A stretch of 63,694 nucleotides of DNA, counting the filler, from Thraustochytrium aureum (lineage: Eukaryota), in assembly GCA_012862495.1 (NCBI GenBank). It is 7 parts of 5 records of this genome, joined end to end, with 100 filler letters (N's around TTAATTAATTAA, not from the genome) between each part and the next. Parts side by side here need not be neighbours in the genome. Positions count along the whole stretch, not along the records: positions 29,108 to 53,632 come from BLSG01000156.1; 6 more parts are not named here. One strand, 5' to 3'. The notes beneath the pieces were generated by a model that was not told where the DNA came from, searched no databases, and saw only the letters and a program-made list of their open reading frames with translations. Both the position numbers and the translations under genes were made by a program. Of the stretch, positions 29,841 to 40,506 are shown one piece after another (the stretch's first letter is position 1; the number at the start of each line of letters is the position of its first letter).

Positions 29841-32456
29841 ATGTCCGTGCCAAGGTCGCGCTCGAGAGGCGAGAGCGCGGAGGCCGGGCCCATGATCGGC
29901 ACCAAGAAGCCTCTGAGCGCGGCCGAGAAGGCCGCCTTGTACGAAGGGACCGACGGGCCGTGCCAGAACAGGAGAAACAGCGCGCTGGTCGGAGCTGCGC
30001 TTGCCCTCCTTTTAATGGCCGCGCTGGCGATGGCCAGCTCAAACTCCGCCGCCGTCGACGGCAGCGCCCTGGGACTGCGAGGCCCTGCGAACGCCAACGC
30101 CAGCGTCTCGCCGGGGACCGGCCGCGGCAAGGGCGCAAGCGCTGCCCCCTCCTCCTGGGGCAGCTCGCTGGCAAACTGGATGGGCGCGTACGAGCCAGGA
30201 GCCACCGGGGCGAGCGCCGACTGGGGCGAGAAAATCGACCTGGACGATGAGGAAACAGTAATTGCGGCCAGAGAAAAAGACGGGGCCCCCGAAGACTGGG
30301 CGCAGTTCATCAAGACCAAGCTCGAAGACCCGAACAAAAAGCGCGACGTTTGCGTCGTCGGCGCCGGCATCACTGGCGCCGTCCTGGCCGAGCGGTTCGC
30401 TAACGTGCTGGGCAAGGACGTTCTCGTCATCGATAAGCGCGCCCACATTGGGGGCAACTGCTACGACTTTGAGGAGCAAGAGACGGGACTCCGCGTCAAC
30501 AAGTACGGCGCCCATGTTCTGCACACGAGCAGCCCGCGGGTCTGGACCTATCTCAACCTGCACGAAAATGCGCCGCGCTGGGCGAACTGGCACGGATCCA
30601 TCGCCGTGCAGACCGAGTCGGGCGAGCCGGTTCGCTACCCGATCGGCCCCGAGTGGGTGCAAAAGTTTTCCGATCAGGCAGAGGTCAAGACCGTCGAGGA
30701 GCTACGCGCGTATCTGAGCACCGTGCAGGTGCCGTGCAACGCGAACGAGGGCTGCGAGACGGTCGCCGACTACGTGCGCAGTCTCGTTGGCGAGGACCTG
30801 TACCAGCAACACTTTTTTCCTTTCTTTGTCAAGCAGCTCGGCGCAGAGCCCCAGGAGACCGCCGCCGGCTCGGACCAGCTAAACCTGCACTCGGTCATCG
30901 AGAACGAGCGCCCCTTTGTCGAAAAGCACATTGTGGTGCCCGCCAAGGGCTGGGTGCGCTGGTTCGCGGCCGTGCTCGACAATCCCAAGATCGAGGTCGT
31001 GGTCGGCGTCGATTTTGCGGACTACAAAGCCGAGCTGCTCGCAGCCTGCGAGCGCGTCATCTACACTGGCCCTATCGACTCGTACTTTTCCGACGCCGGT
31101 CTCGACCCGCTCCCGTACCGCAGCGCGCTCTTCCGCGCCCGCGTCCAGCGCAGCGCGGACGCGGCCAAACAGCAGAAGAGCGCGATCCTCGAAAACGCAA
31201 ACTGGGAGGTCGACTACTTGCGCTCTGTTGACTATGACCTCTTCGACGTGGCCACCGAGCGTACGGCAGCTACGACGGCAGAGGAGCGCGAAGGGGGGCA
31301 CACGGTCGTCGTGCAGGAGATCCCCGTCCCGCTCCGCCCTGTCGCAAAAGGCGAGTCGGCCTCGACCACGCCAGGGGCGATCCCGTTCTGGGCTGTGCCC
31401 ACCCAAGCCAACCTCCAGCTCTTTGCAAAGTACCAAGAGCTCGCTGCGCGCGAGGCCCCCAAGGTGGTTTTTGCCGGTGGACTGGCCACTTATCGCAACC
31501 TGGATCTCGGCGAGAGCGTCGAGAGCGCCCTTAGCACCTTTTTCGAACTCGCTGGCCGCCCCCCGGTTCCCGACATGCCCGGCATGTTCGAAGTCCAGCG
31601 CCTCGACTGGATGCACATCCCAAAGACGGGCACCTCGTTTATCAACACAATGGTGCTGTACAAATGCGACGAACGCATCGCTCAGTCCCCCGACCCCACG
31701 CGCGAGCACAAGAGCATATACAACCGCGTTGCGCACTCTCGCCCAGTCCCCGCTTGCGCGGAGGGCATGAAGCACGGCCACCACCCCCTCCTCGCGGGCC
31801 AGAACGGGTTCGAGGAAGGGCAAACCGCCCTGAGCCAGGTCGCCACCATGATCCGCGACCCCATCGTGCGAACAGCCTCGGGCTTTACGCATAGCTACCA
31901 CGACTGTTCGAAAATGGCCAAGGGCCGCCTCAAGACGCGCCCCAAAGACGTTTGCGCTGTGCTCGAAAACCCCGACGCCCCAGCCGAGCTGCGCGCCTCC
32001 ATGGAGAAGCTCGTCCTCGAGTACGCTCACTGTGTGCAAGGCTGCCAAGCGCGCATGATCACGGGCGAGAAATGCGCTCACGACAAGCCTTACGGTGAGG
32101 CTGACGCCGAAACGCTCAAGCGCAAGACCGAAGAGGCCATCGCCAAGCTCGAAAGCTTTGCCTACGTCGGCTTGACGGACCGCTGGAAGCAGAGCCTCTG
32201 CGCTTTTTCGCGCCGCTTTCCCCGCCCCAGCGGCAACTCGTATGCCTTCGACTTGCTCAGCGCCAACACGCGGCCCACGCGCCACGCAACGTGCAACCCT
32301 GTCGTGCAGGACATTTTGCGCAAGAGTGGCTACACAGACCCGCTTGACGGGCCATTGTTTGAGCGTGGCCGCGTCATTTTTGAGCAATCGCTGGGGCCTT
32401 GCGCGCACACGTTCAAGGCCCCTGAGGCCGCGCCGGCGCAAAGCGCAGCGCCCTGA
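29841..32456 (+). CDS. Type II membrane protein: UDP-galactopyranose mutase (Glf)-like domain fused to carbohydrate sulfotransferase domain
   Basis: TM ALVGAALALLLMAALAMA. Glf motifs VVGAGITG, IDKRAHIGGNCYD, VNKYGAHVLHT and YTGPIDSYF..L.YRS. Sulfotransferase PAPS motifs HIPKTGTS and MIRDPIVRTAS, plus FAYVGLTD. Confidence 0.88.
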   Translation: MSVPRSRSRGESAEAGPMIGTKKPLSAAEKAALYEGTDGPCQNRRNSALVGAALALLLMAALAMASSNSAAVDGSALGLRGPANANASVSPGTGRGKGASAAPSSWGSSLANWMGAYEPGATGASADWGEKIDLDDEETVIAAREKDGAPEDWAQFIKTKLEDPNKKRDVCVVGAGITGAVLAERFANVLGKDVLVIDKRAHIGGNCYDFEEQETGLRVNKYGAHVLHTSSPRVWTYLNLHENAPRWANWHGSIAVQTESGEPVRYPIGPEWVQKFSDQAEVKTVEELRAYLSTVQVPCNANEGCETVADYVRSLVGEDLYQQHFFPFFVKQLGAEPQETAAGSDQLNLHSVIENERPFVEKHIVVPAKGWVRWFAAVLDNPKIEVVVGVDFADYKAELLAACERVIYTGPIDSYFSDAGLDPLPYRSALFRARVQRSADAAKQQKSAILENANWEVDYLRSVDYDLFDVATERTAATTAEEREGGHTVVVQEIPVPLRPVAKGESASTTPGAIPFWAVPTQANLQLFAKYQELAAREAPKVVFAGGLATYRNLDLGESVESALSTFFELAGRPPVPDMPGMFEVQRLDWMHIPKTGTSFINTMVLYKCDERIAQSPDPTREHKSIYNRVAHSRPVPACAEGMKHGHHPLLAGQNGFEEGQTALSQVATMIRDPIVRTASGFTHSYHDCSKMAKGRLKTRPKDVCAVLENPDAPAELRASMEKLVLEYAHCVQGCQARMITGEKCAHDKPYGEADAETLKRKTEEAIAKLESFAYVGLTDRWKQSLCAFSRRFPRPSGNSYAFDLLSANTRPTRHATCNPVVQDILRKSGYTDPLDGPLFERGRVIFEQSLGPCAHTFKAPEAAPAQSAAP

Positions 32457-32897
32457 TCCCACTCGACGGGTACTGGCTGCAGAGGCCTTTGCGAGTGGGA
32501 AAACCGGTCGGACTCGACGTCGAGCATGTGCATTGGCCGACGCGACGCGCTCGGCCTCGCGCGACAGCGCCGCAGGCAAGGAAGAAACCAAGTAACAAGT
32601 AAGAAAAAAGTGACCTACGGCTGCCTTCGTTTCTTTGGGGGCGAGAGAAAAGAGCAGATCCTCCCTGCCGAACGCCCGCTCTCGCTCTGGGGCGCGCGCG
32701 ACATCCCGTTCCAGAAACTCCAGGAGCCAAGCGGCGTTCGCACTTACTCCGACAGCGCAGTCGCCTGAGGCCTCAGGCGACAGGACCAATCGATGCCACT
32801 GCGCCGAGCCCCGCCCGCTCGCGATAGCACGCGCGACCCCGCAGCTCCACCGCTTGCTCCGGACGCGCTCTACTCTAGAGCTAGAGCCAGGTCGAAG

Positions 32898-35421
32898 CTA
32901 CAACGAAGAAGCGGCAGCGGCGGCGGCCGCGGCGGCCGCGGAAGCCTTGCCCGCTGCCGTCGCCCCCGCTGTCGCAGGCGCCGAGTCCGCATCCGACGAG
33001 CGTTGCACAAAGGAGATCTTGTCGCCAATGGCAAGCGCCACCCCCTGCGTTTTACTCCGAATCCGAATCGTCCCAGTGATCACGGTCTGGCCCTCCGGCT
33101 TTTCCACAGAGATGTTCACAAGGGCGGCCTCGTTGAAGACCGACTTGGCATACAAATTGGCGGCGAGAAAGTTGGATTGCGAGCCCATCTGCGGCGTCAG
33201 GCACTTCATGTTGGTGGAGGCCACGATGTGCTCCAAGTACTCGTTCACGTCGGTGATGAGCGTGTTGACGGCCACCTTGTTCTCCCACTCAAACTCGGCC
33301 CACATCTGGCGAAAGTCCGCATCGCTGCACGACGCCGGGTGGATGTAGTCCATGATCTCGACCGGGATCTCGTTTAGGTTGATCACCGTCGACTCGGCGC
33401 TCGTGGACGAGTCGTACACGATGGTCCCAAAGATCTGGCCCGTCTCGGTGGAGGCCACCTTGATGTTCGCCTTGAAGCGGCGGTAGTCGTTGGGGCCGAT
33501 GTTGTAGCTCTGGGGCCGCTCGACCAGCTTGAGGTCGCCCACAGTGGACAGCTCCACCGTCAGGTTGGAGAGCGTGTGCGATGTTCGGTTGATGACGAGA
33601 ATATCCAGAACAATGTCGAACTCGTGCACAGAGATCTGCGTCTCCGCATACACCGGGTCGGAGAAACCAGTGAGTTGGTAGACGTGCGCGAGCTGCTCGG
33701 CAAAGTCAGCTGCCTTGTCACCTGCCGTCGCCATCGAGAGACCTGCGTCATCGTCGAGGTCGATCTCGTCCGCTCCTAGCGCGCGACGCGCCTTGAGCTG
33801 GCGGAACGAGATGAGCGCGTCGGGCTGGGCGACCAACTCGTTCGACTTGTCGATCTGGTTTTCCTTTTCGCGGCGGTGCTCCTCGGTGATGAGGCGGGCA
33901 AAGGCTTCGCGGCACTCGTGCAAAAACACGGGCCCAACCTCGGCGCGCACCGCGGGGTCGACGAGGACCTTCATGCAAAACTGAATCCGCTCATAGCTGT
34001 CCTTGTCCATGCGCGCGGCCCCCTTGGCGACCCGGCCGGCCTGGATCATGGCGCAGCAGGTTATCAGGAGGCGCACGGCGGCGTTCTTTGCCGCCTCGTC
34101 CGCGTCTCCGCGCTCCTCCATAATGCGCAGCACAAGCTTTGTCAGCGCCGCCACGGCCGTCGCGCCGAGGAGGTAGTTGCCGCCGAGCATGAGCTTGCGG
34201 AGCGTCGGCGTGCCGTCGTCGGCCTCGGCGGGCTCGTCGTCGCCGTACGCCGCCGAAAAGGCGGACTGCGTCGCGTACGTGCCGTCCGCGAGGACGGTCA
34301 CTTTGGAGGAGGGCGCAGAGAGCGCCTGCGCGACCGAGGTCTCCTCGGCCTCGTCCTCGCCCCCCTCGGCTTTCTTGGAATCCTCCCCGACGAAGGGAAG
34401 GGCGCCAAAGCACTCGTAGATGGCCTCCATGGCGCTGCCGCGGAGCTCGTCGCTCTCTGCGTACTCGCCCAGGACCCACAGCGCCACGCGGTACACTTGC
34501 GCCGTGCGGATCTCGGGGAGCGACGAGATCAGCTTGTTGACCACCGAAGCGCGCATCTTGGGGTAAACCTGCACAATCTCCCGCACGAAGAGGATCACGT
34601 CGTGGGCCCCCTCGGAGGACAAAAAGTCCATGAGCAGGTGAACCACCGAGTCGGCCACGCTCGCAAAGCGGATCGCGCACGTGTGGATCGCCTTGACCAG
34701 CATGGCGCGGTACTCGGTCGCCGACTCCTTGTCCACGTCCTTGCTCTGCGTCTTGATGATCTCCTTCTTGAGCACCAGCATCACCTCGTTCACGTTGCGC
34801 GGCGAGACGAGCTCCATCACGATGCTCAGCGTCTTGCGTCGGATCGAAGAGTTGGGCGAGTTGAGGGCGCGCAGGATGTCCATCAACAGCTCCTGGAGCA
34901 CCTTGCTGTGGTGCTTGCGCATCGCGCTGAGCTTCTCGAGGACGATGAGCTTGACGTTGTTGTCGCTCTCCGCGTTCAGGAGCTGTGTGTAGGTCTGCGC
35001 CGCGGCGCGCACGGCGGTCGGCGCCGACGAGAGCGAGATCAGCGTCCATGCCGCCTCGTAGCACACCGCAGAGCTGCTCGATTGGAGCAGCTGAAAGATG
35101 ATCTTGATGAAGCGCGACTTCTGGCTCGGGTCGGTGCGGCACACGCGCCGCGTCAGCTCCAGTATGACCAGCTGGAACCCGTCGCCGTACTTTGCCACGG
35201 CGTCCAAGTGCTGGGCAAAGTAGTCGATCGCCTTTTCTTGCGAGCACTGGTAGAGCATCAGAAACGCGTTGCGCCGTGCCCCCGCGTCTGCCTCGTTCTG
35301 CAGAAACTTTTCGATCAGCTCGTCCGCGTCAGGCAAAAGCTCGTCCTTAAACTCCTTGGCGATCTGAAACACGGCCATCACGGCCGTGCGCCGCACGAGG
35401 CTGTGGCGGTGCTCGAGGTTT
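32898..35421 (-). CDS. COPB1: Coatomer subunit beta (beta-COP), 5' end in gap
   Basis: Motifs NLEHRHS.VRR, RNAFLML, ESDNNVKLIV, VLADGTYATQSA, QLTGFSDPVYAE, FRQMWAEFEWENKV and IRIRSKTQGVALAIGDKI. Confidence 0.97.
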
Positions 35422-36325
35422 NNNNNNNNNNNNNNNNNNNNNNNNNNNNNNNNNNNNNNNNNNNNNNNNNNNNNNNNNNNNNNNNNNNNNNNNNNNNNNN
35501 NNNNNNNNNNNNNNNNNNNNNNNNNNNNNNNNNNNNNNNNNNNNNNNNNNNNNNNNNNNNNNNNNNNNNNNNNNNNNNNNNNNNNNNNNNNNNNNNNNNN
35601 NNNNNNNNNNNNNNNNNNNNNNNNNNNNNNNNNNNNNNNNNNNNNNNNNNNNNNNNNNNNNNNNNNNNNNNNNNNNNNNNNNNNNNNNNNNNNNNNNNNN
35701 NNNNNNNNNNNNNNNNNNNNNNNNNNNNNNNNNNNNNNNNNNNNNNNNNNNNNNNNNNNNNNNNNNNNNNNNNNNNNNNNNNNNNNNNNNNNNNNNNNNN
35801 NNNNNNNNNNNNNNNNNNNNNNNNNNNNNNNNNNNNNNNNNNNNNNNNNNNNNNNNNNNNNNNNNNNNNNNNNNNNNNNNNNNNNNNNNNNNNNNNNNNN
35901 NNNNNNNNNNNNNNNNNNNNNNNNNNNNNNNNNNNNNNNNNNNNNNNNNNNNNNNNNNNNNNNNNNNNNNNNNNNNNNNNNNNNNNNNNNNNNNNNNNNN
36001 NNNNNNNNNNNNNNNNNNNNNNNNNNNNNNNNNNNNNNNNNNNNNNNNNNNNNNNNNNNNNNNNNNNNNNNNNNNNNNNNNNNNNNNNNNNNNNNNNNNN
36101 NNNNNNNNNNNNNNNNNNNNNNNNNNNNNNNNNNNNNNNNNNNNNNNNNNNNNNNNNNNNNNNNNNNNNNNNNNNNNNNNNNNNNNNNNNNNNNNNNNNN
36201 NNNNNNNNNNNNNNNNNNNNNNNNNNNNNNNNNNNNNNNNNNNNNNNNNNNNNNNNNNNNNNNNNNNNNNNNNNNNNNNNNNNNNNNNNNNNNNNNNNNN
36301 NNNNNNNNNNNNNNNNNNNNNNNNA

Positions 36326-36408
36326 CATCGATCGAGCCTACAAGGGCGAGCCTACATCGATCGAGCCTACATCGATCGAGCCTACATCGATCGAGCCTAC
36401 AAGGGCGA
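36326..36408. repeat. Minisatellite of ~15-bp unit ACATCGATCGAGCCT adjacent to a gap
   Basis: 4-5 near-identical copies seen directly. Confidence 0.85.
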
Positions 36409-36758
36409 ACGACCTCAGCGGCCTGGCGAAAGACCTAGCTTGATGCGCCAGCGACCTCTGCTGGACGGCGCCCAATCGCGCAAGCCCATGCGAGACTCCG
36501 GTGTGGCGGGCGCACTGTGGCACGCGAGCGACGATGAACAGGCTGGCCAGCTGGGTTGCGCGGCGCGCCAGGTTTCGTTCCTGCAGACCAGACGAACTAA
36601 GGATAAGTATTGCGTGATTGTGTATTGCGTAAGTACTTGTATGTATCAAGCCCCCCGGGAGAACATCATTGGGCACCGGTCGGCACGATTGCGCGAGCTC
36701 CGCTGCACTGCTCCGCAAATAGATTTGATTTTGCAGGCTACTTGGCAGGAGAGTTGTC

Positions 36759-37809
36759 TCACTTGACAAGCCGGCGGCGCTTCAGGTTCCTCCGGTTCAC
36801 TCCTACTTCGGCAGCGATGCCAATTGAGCAATGCGCCTCAACAAAGAACGGGCGCTTGAGCCAAACCGTAATGTCGTCCTTCTCCAAATCGCGCCACTTC
36901 GCGAGCGGCGCCGCCTGCGTGCCGAGCACAATCGCGTCGGCCCCGCGCTCGGCCAGCTCCGCCGCGAAAACGGCGTGATAATGTGAACTCGCCTGCGACG
37001 AGGTCGACGCTGCGAACCAAGCCAGCTGCGACCCACTCGAATCTTCCCGCGTACGCCGACGAGCGGCAGATGCCAACCAAGCAGCTATCGAAGACGGAAA
37101 GCTGCGTGTCACGCGGGCCAGAAGCAAAGTCGTAGGCCTCGATCGCGTCAACAGAATAGCAGAGCTTGACATCAGCCGCGCGGACCACGACGGGGCGCTT
37201 CAGCTCCAAGTCTGACAAGGATTTCGCGGAGAAGTACCGCTGCAGCCGCTCAAACCTGGCTTGCGCGGGCGGAAAGGCCGCTCCGCGTACGTGGCCCTGC
37301 AGCTTGGTCACTTTTATTGAGGGATCCAACGCGATGGAGTCTGTGCGGGTGGGATGCACGAGGTGAACTGCATGCGACACTGCGGCGGCAGCACAGATCT
37401 CCGCCACCATCGTCGCGCCAACGCCAACGTTCCACCCGTGCGTGTTGACCAGCAACACCCGTCCATGAACGCCAGACACCCGCGCGTTGTACCGCCGGGC
37501 GAGCTCTCGGCACGCCTCCATGTAAATGAGCGGGTGCTTGGAGGGCGTCACGTCCCCGATGAAAAGCGCCTCGTCGGGCGCAACCCCTGCCGGCAGCCCG
37601 GCCCGCCTGAGCGACACGACGCCGGGAACGCCCCGCTCGGGCTGTCCAAGGTCCGTCTCGAGCACGACCACTTCCACGCGCTCGGCCTCTGGGGCGCCCG
37701 GAGGGCAGACCGCCACAAGGCGCGCTTCGAGCTCCCGCAGAAACGTCGACTTGCCCAGCCCCTTGGCGCCGCAGGCGGCAATGGCGATATCCCCACCGTT
37801 GATGCTCTT
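36759..37809 (-). CDS. NOL9: Polynucleotide 5'-hydroxyl kinase NOL9/Grc3 (Clp1 family), partial, frameshifts near the 3' end
   Basis: P-loop CGAKGLGKST, ETDLGQPE..PGVVSL, FIGDVTP, LLVNTHGW, GLVRSVD...(H)IITP and C-terminal RRNLKR. Confidence 0.85.
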
Positions 37810-38117
37810 NNNNNNNNNNNNNNNNNNNNNNNNNNNNNNNNNNNNNNNNNNNNNNNNNNNNNNNNNNNNNNNNNNNNNNNNNNNNNNNNNNNNNNNNNNN
37901 NNNNNNNNNNNNNNNNNNNNNNNNNNNNNNNNNNNNNNNNNNNNNNNNNNNNNNNNNNNNNNNNNNNNNNNNNNNNNNNNNNNNNNNNNNNNNNNNNNNN
38001 NNNNNNNNNNNNNNNNNNNNNNNNNNNNNNNNNNNNNNNNNNNNNNNNNNNNNNNNNNNNNNNNNNNNNNNNNNNNNNNNNNNNNNNNNNNNNNNNNNNN
38101 NNNNNNNCCCAGCCTCG

Positions 38118-38154
38118 AGCGCGAAGCAGCGCGAAGCAGCGCGAAGCAGCGCGA
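38118..38154. repeat. 10-bp tandem repeat (AGCGCGAAGC)
   Basis: Seen directly, ~3.5 copies. Confidence 0.75.
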
Positions 38155-38461
38155 GCCCCACCACGACACCGCAGCGCGTGCGGCAGCTAGGCGCTTCGAT
38201 CGGCAGCCGCAGCGCGCGAGCGAGCGAGCGAGAGCGGGGGCCCAGACGCGGGACTGGGCGCCACGGCCACCCAAATGCTCGCCCACATGGCCGCCCAAAT
38301 GGCCGCCAAAGGACCCCAAATCCGCTCGAGCCCGGCAGGCCGACCTCGGGACGCGGCACGCCGGCGACCAATCCGACGCGCGGAGCAGGGCCTCTAGAGC
38401 TAGGCTCTAGAGTGTGTGCTGCACGGCTGGGCGCTCCGCCGGGGGCGCGCGGCACTTGGGC

Positions 38462-39991
38462 ATGGACGACATTGAGGACCTCGCGGCCGGCCTCGAAGAG
38501 CTCGAAGCCGGCCAGCGGCCCGCGAGAGCGCAGCTCGTGAAGGTGCACCAGCGCGGAGGCAGCACGGCCGAGGGGCGCGGCGATGGGGCCTGCATGCCGG
38601 GCCCGCTGGCGCCGGGGGTTGGCAAGATTTGGACCAAGACTTTCGGGTGCTCGCACAACGTGAGCGACGGCGAATACATGCAAGGCGCACTCGAGGCGTA
38701 CGGGTACACGTTCACGGACGACAAGGCGCTGGCCGACCTGTGGCTCGTAAACAGCTGCACGGTCAAGGACCCGAGCCAGAGCGCGTTCCTCAGTTTGGTG
38801 AGTGCGGGCAAGTCCAGCGGCAAGGGCATCGTCGTGGCAGGGTGCGTCCCGCAAGCGGACCGCAAGATCAAAGAGCTCGAGGACGTCAGCGTGGTGGGCA
38901 TCAGCCAGATCGACCGCGTCGTCGAAGTGGTCGAGCAGACGCTTCAGGGCAGTACGGTGCGCCTCCTGGCCAAGAAAGCCCTTCCGCGCCTCGACCTGCC
39001 AAAGGTGCGCCAAAACCGGCTCGTCGAAATCATACCGCTCAGCACGGGCTGCCTGGGGAGCTGCACCTATTGCAAGACCAAGCACGCGCGAGGCAAGCTC
39101 GGTAGCTACGCCATTGAGGCCATCGAGGACCGTGTGCGCGCCGTCCTGGCCGAGCGCCAGGACGGCGCTCTCGGCGGCGGGCCGCGCGAGATCTGGCTCG
39201 CCTCTGAAGACACGGGCGCCTATGGCCGTGACATGGGTACCGACCTCTCGACGCTCCTCTTCCGCCTCACGGCCCAGCTCGAGGCCGCCTCTGTTCCGGA
39301 TACCATGCTCCGCCTCGGTATGACCAACCCGCCCTTTGTCCTGGGGCAGCTCGACCGAGTCGCGGAGGCGTTGCGCCACCCCAACATGTTTCGCTTTCTC
39401 CACATTCCTGTGCAGTCGGGGAGCGACCGTGTTCTGGCAGCCATGAACCGCGAGTACAGCGTTGCGCAGTTCAAGCTCGTTGCGGACTACATGCTCAAGC
39501 ACGTGCCAGGGATCACGCTGGCTACGGATATTATCGTTGGCTTCCCAGGCGAGGGCGAAGACGACTTTGAGGAGACGATGGCGCTGGTCGCCCGGTACCA
39601 GTTCCCCGTGCTCAACATTTCGCAGTTCTACCCGAGACCGGGAACGCCGGCTGCCAAGATGAAGCGCATCAACACGCAGATCGTCAAGGACCGCAGCCGC
39701 CGCCTCTCAGCGTTTTTCGAGACCTACAAGCCGCACGAAAGCCTCGTCGGGCAGACGATCGCATGTTGGGTCTCGGACGAGGTTTCCAAGTGCAAGACGC
39801 AGACGATTGCGCACACGCAGTCGTACGTCAAAGTCGCGCTCACTCCGCGAAACGACGGGCTGCGCGGCTCCCGCGTCCTCGTCAAGGTCGTCGGCGCGCA
39901 CAAGTTTCACGTCGACGCCGTCTTGGCGGACCCGGTTGTGGCAAGCTCAGAGCCGCCTGCAGCGCCAGACGAACCGAAACACCCATTGTAA
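38462..39991 (+). CDS. CDKAL1: tRNA t6A37 methylthiotransferase CDKAL1 (radical SAM)
   Basis: Start MDDIEDL, KTFGCSHNVSDGEYM, NSCTVK, GCVPQ, CLGSCTYCKTKHARG (CxxxCxxC), SEDTGAYGRD, NISQFYPRPGTPAAKM and a TRAM-like C-terminus. Confidence 0.97.
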   Translation: MDDIEDLAAGLEELEAGQRPARAQLVKVHQRGGSTAEGRGDGACMPGPLAPGVGKIWTKTFGCSHNVSDGEYMQGALEAYGYTFTDDKALADLWLVNSCTVKDPSQSAFLSLVSAGKSSGKGIVVAGCVPQADRKIKELEDVSVVGISQIDRVVEVVEQTLQGSTVRLLAKKALPRLDLPKVRQNRLVEIIPLSTGCLGSCTYCKTKHARGKLGSYAIEAIEDRVRAVLAERQDGALGGGPREIWLASEDTGAYGRDMGTDLSTLLFRLTAQLEAASVPDTMLRLGMTNPPFVLGQLDRVAEALRHPNMFRFLHIPVQSGSDRVLAAMNREYSVAQFKLVADYMLKHVPGITLATDIIVGFPGEGEDDFEETMALVARYQFPVLNISQFYPRPGTPAAKMKRINTQIVKDRSRRLSAFFETYKPHESLVGQTIACWVSDEVSKCKTQTIAHTQSYVKVALTPRNDGLRGSRVLVKVVGAHKFHVDAVLADPVVASSEPPAAPDEPKHPL

Positions 39992-40454
39992 TCTGCGCCT
40001 CGACGACACCCGCGGCCCGAAGATGGCCTTCACGACCAGAAAGATAACTTTTTTTTGGCGCCACCATTCCTGCCTTGCCATCAACGAGCCCATTTCGTCA
40101 CGCAGCCGTCGTGACCTGCGCTCGCAACGCGGGCTGGCCAAGTCCCCACCGGCCCTTGACATGGTCCCGAGCCACAAGCGCCTCTGCACAAAGAAAGACA
40201 AGGCCGTCACACCTTCACGACGCAGCAGGAGTGCCATCGCGTCCGCCAGCTCGCCGCGCGGTCCATCGATCGCCGCATGTCGGGGGACGCTCGACAATGT
40301 TCGAGGACTCGGCCGACACATTTTACTGCTGTAAACCGGTGAGTTTGTCTTCCGAGTTGGACGCATAACCGTCGCAGAAGGCGACGCAGACCCGAAACGA
40401 GGACGGACTGCGCGGCGCGCACGGGGCGTGGCCTGCGTCTCTGTCGTGGCTTTT

Positions 40455-40506
40455 TCGGCGTGGCCTTGTCGGCGTGGCCTTGTCGGCGTGGCCTCGTCGG
40501 CGTGGC
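40455..40506. repeat. 14-bp tandem repeat (TCGGCGTGGCCTTG)
   Basis: ~3.5 copies seen directly. Confidence 0.75.

Noticed and set aside
36326..36408. Short direct repeats as a possible CRISPR array (also 23642-23752 and 51848-51945)
   Set aside because: No unique spacers, no cas genes and a eukaryotic context; simple minisatellites
25033..39502. Long antisense/overlapping ORFs (25033-26526 +, 30879-32789 -, 33876-35420 +, 37250-39502 -)
   Set aside because: Shadow ORFs caused by strong GC3 codon bias opposite real genes; no recognisable motifs
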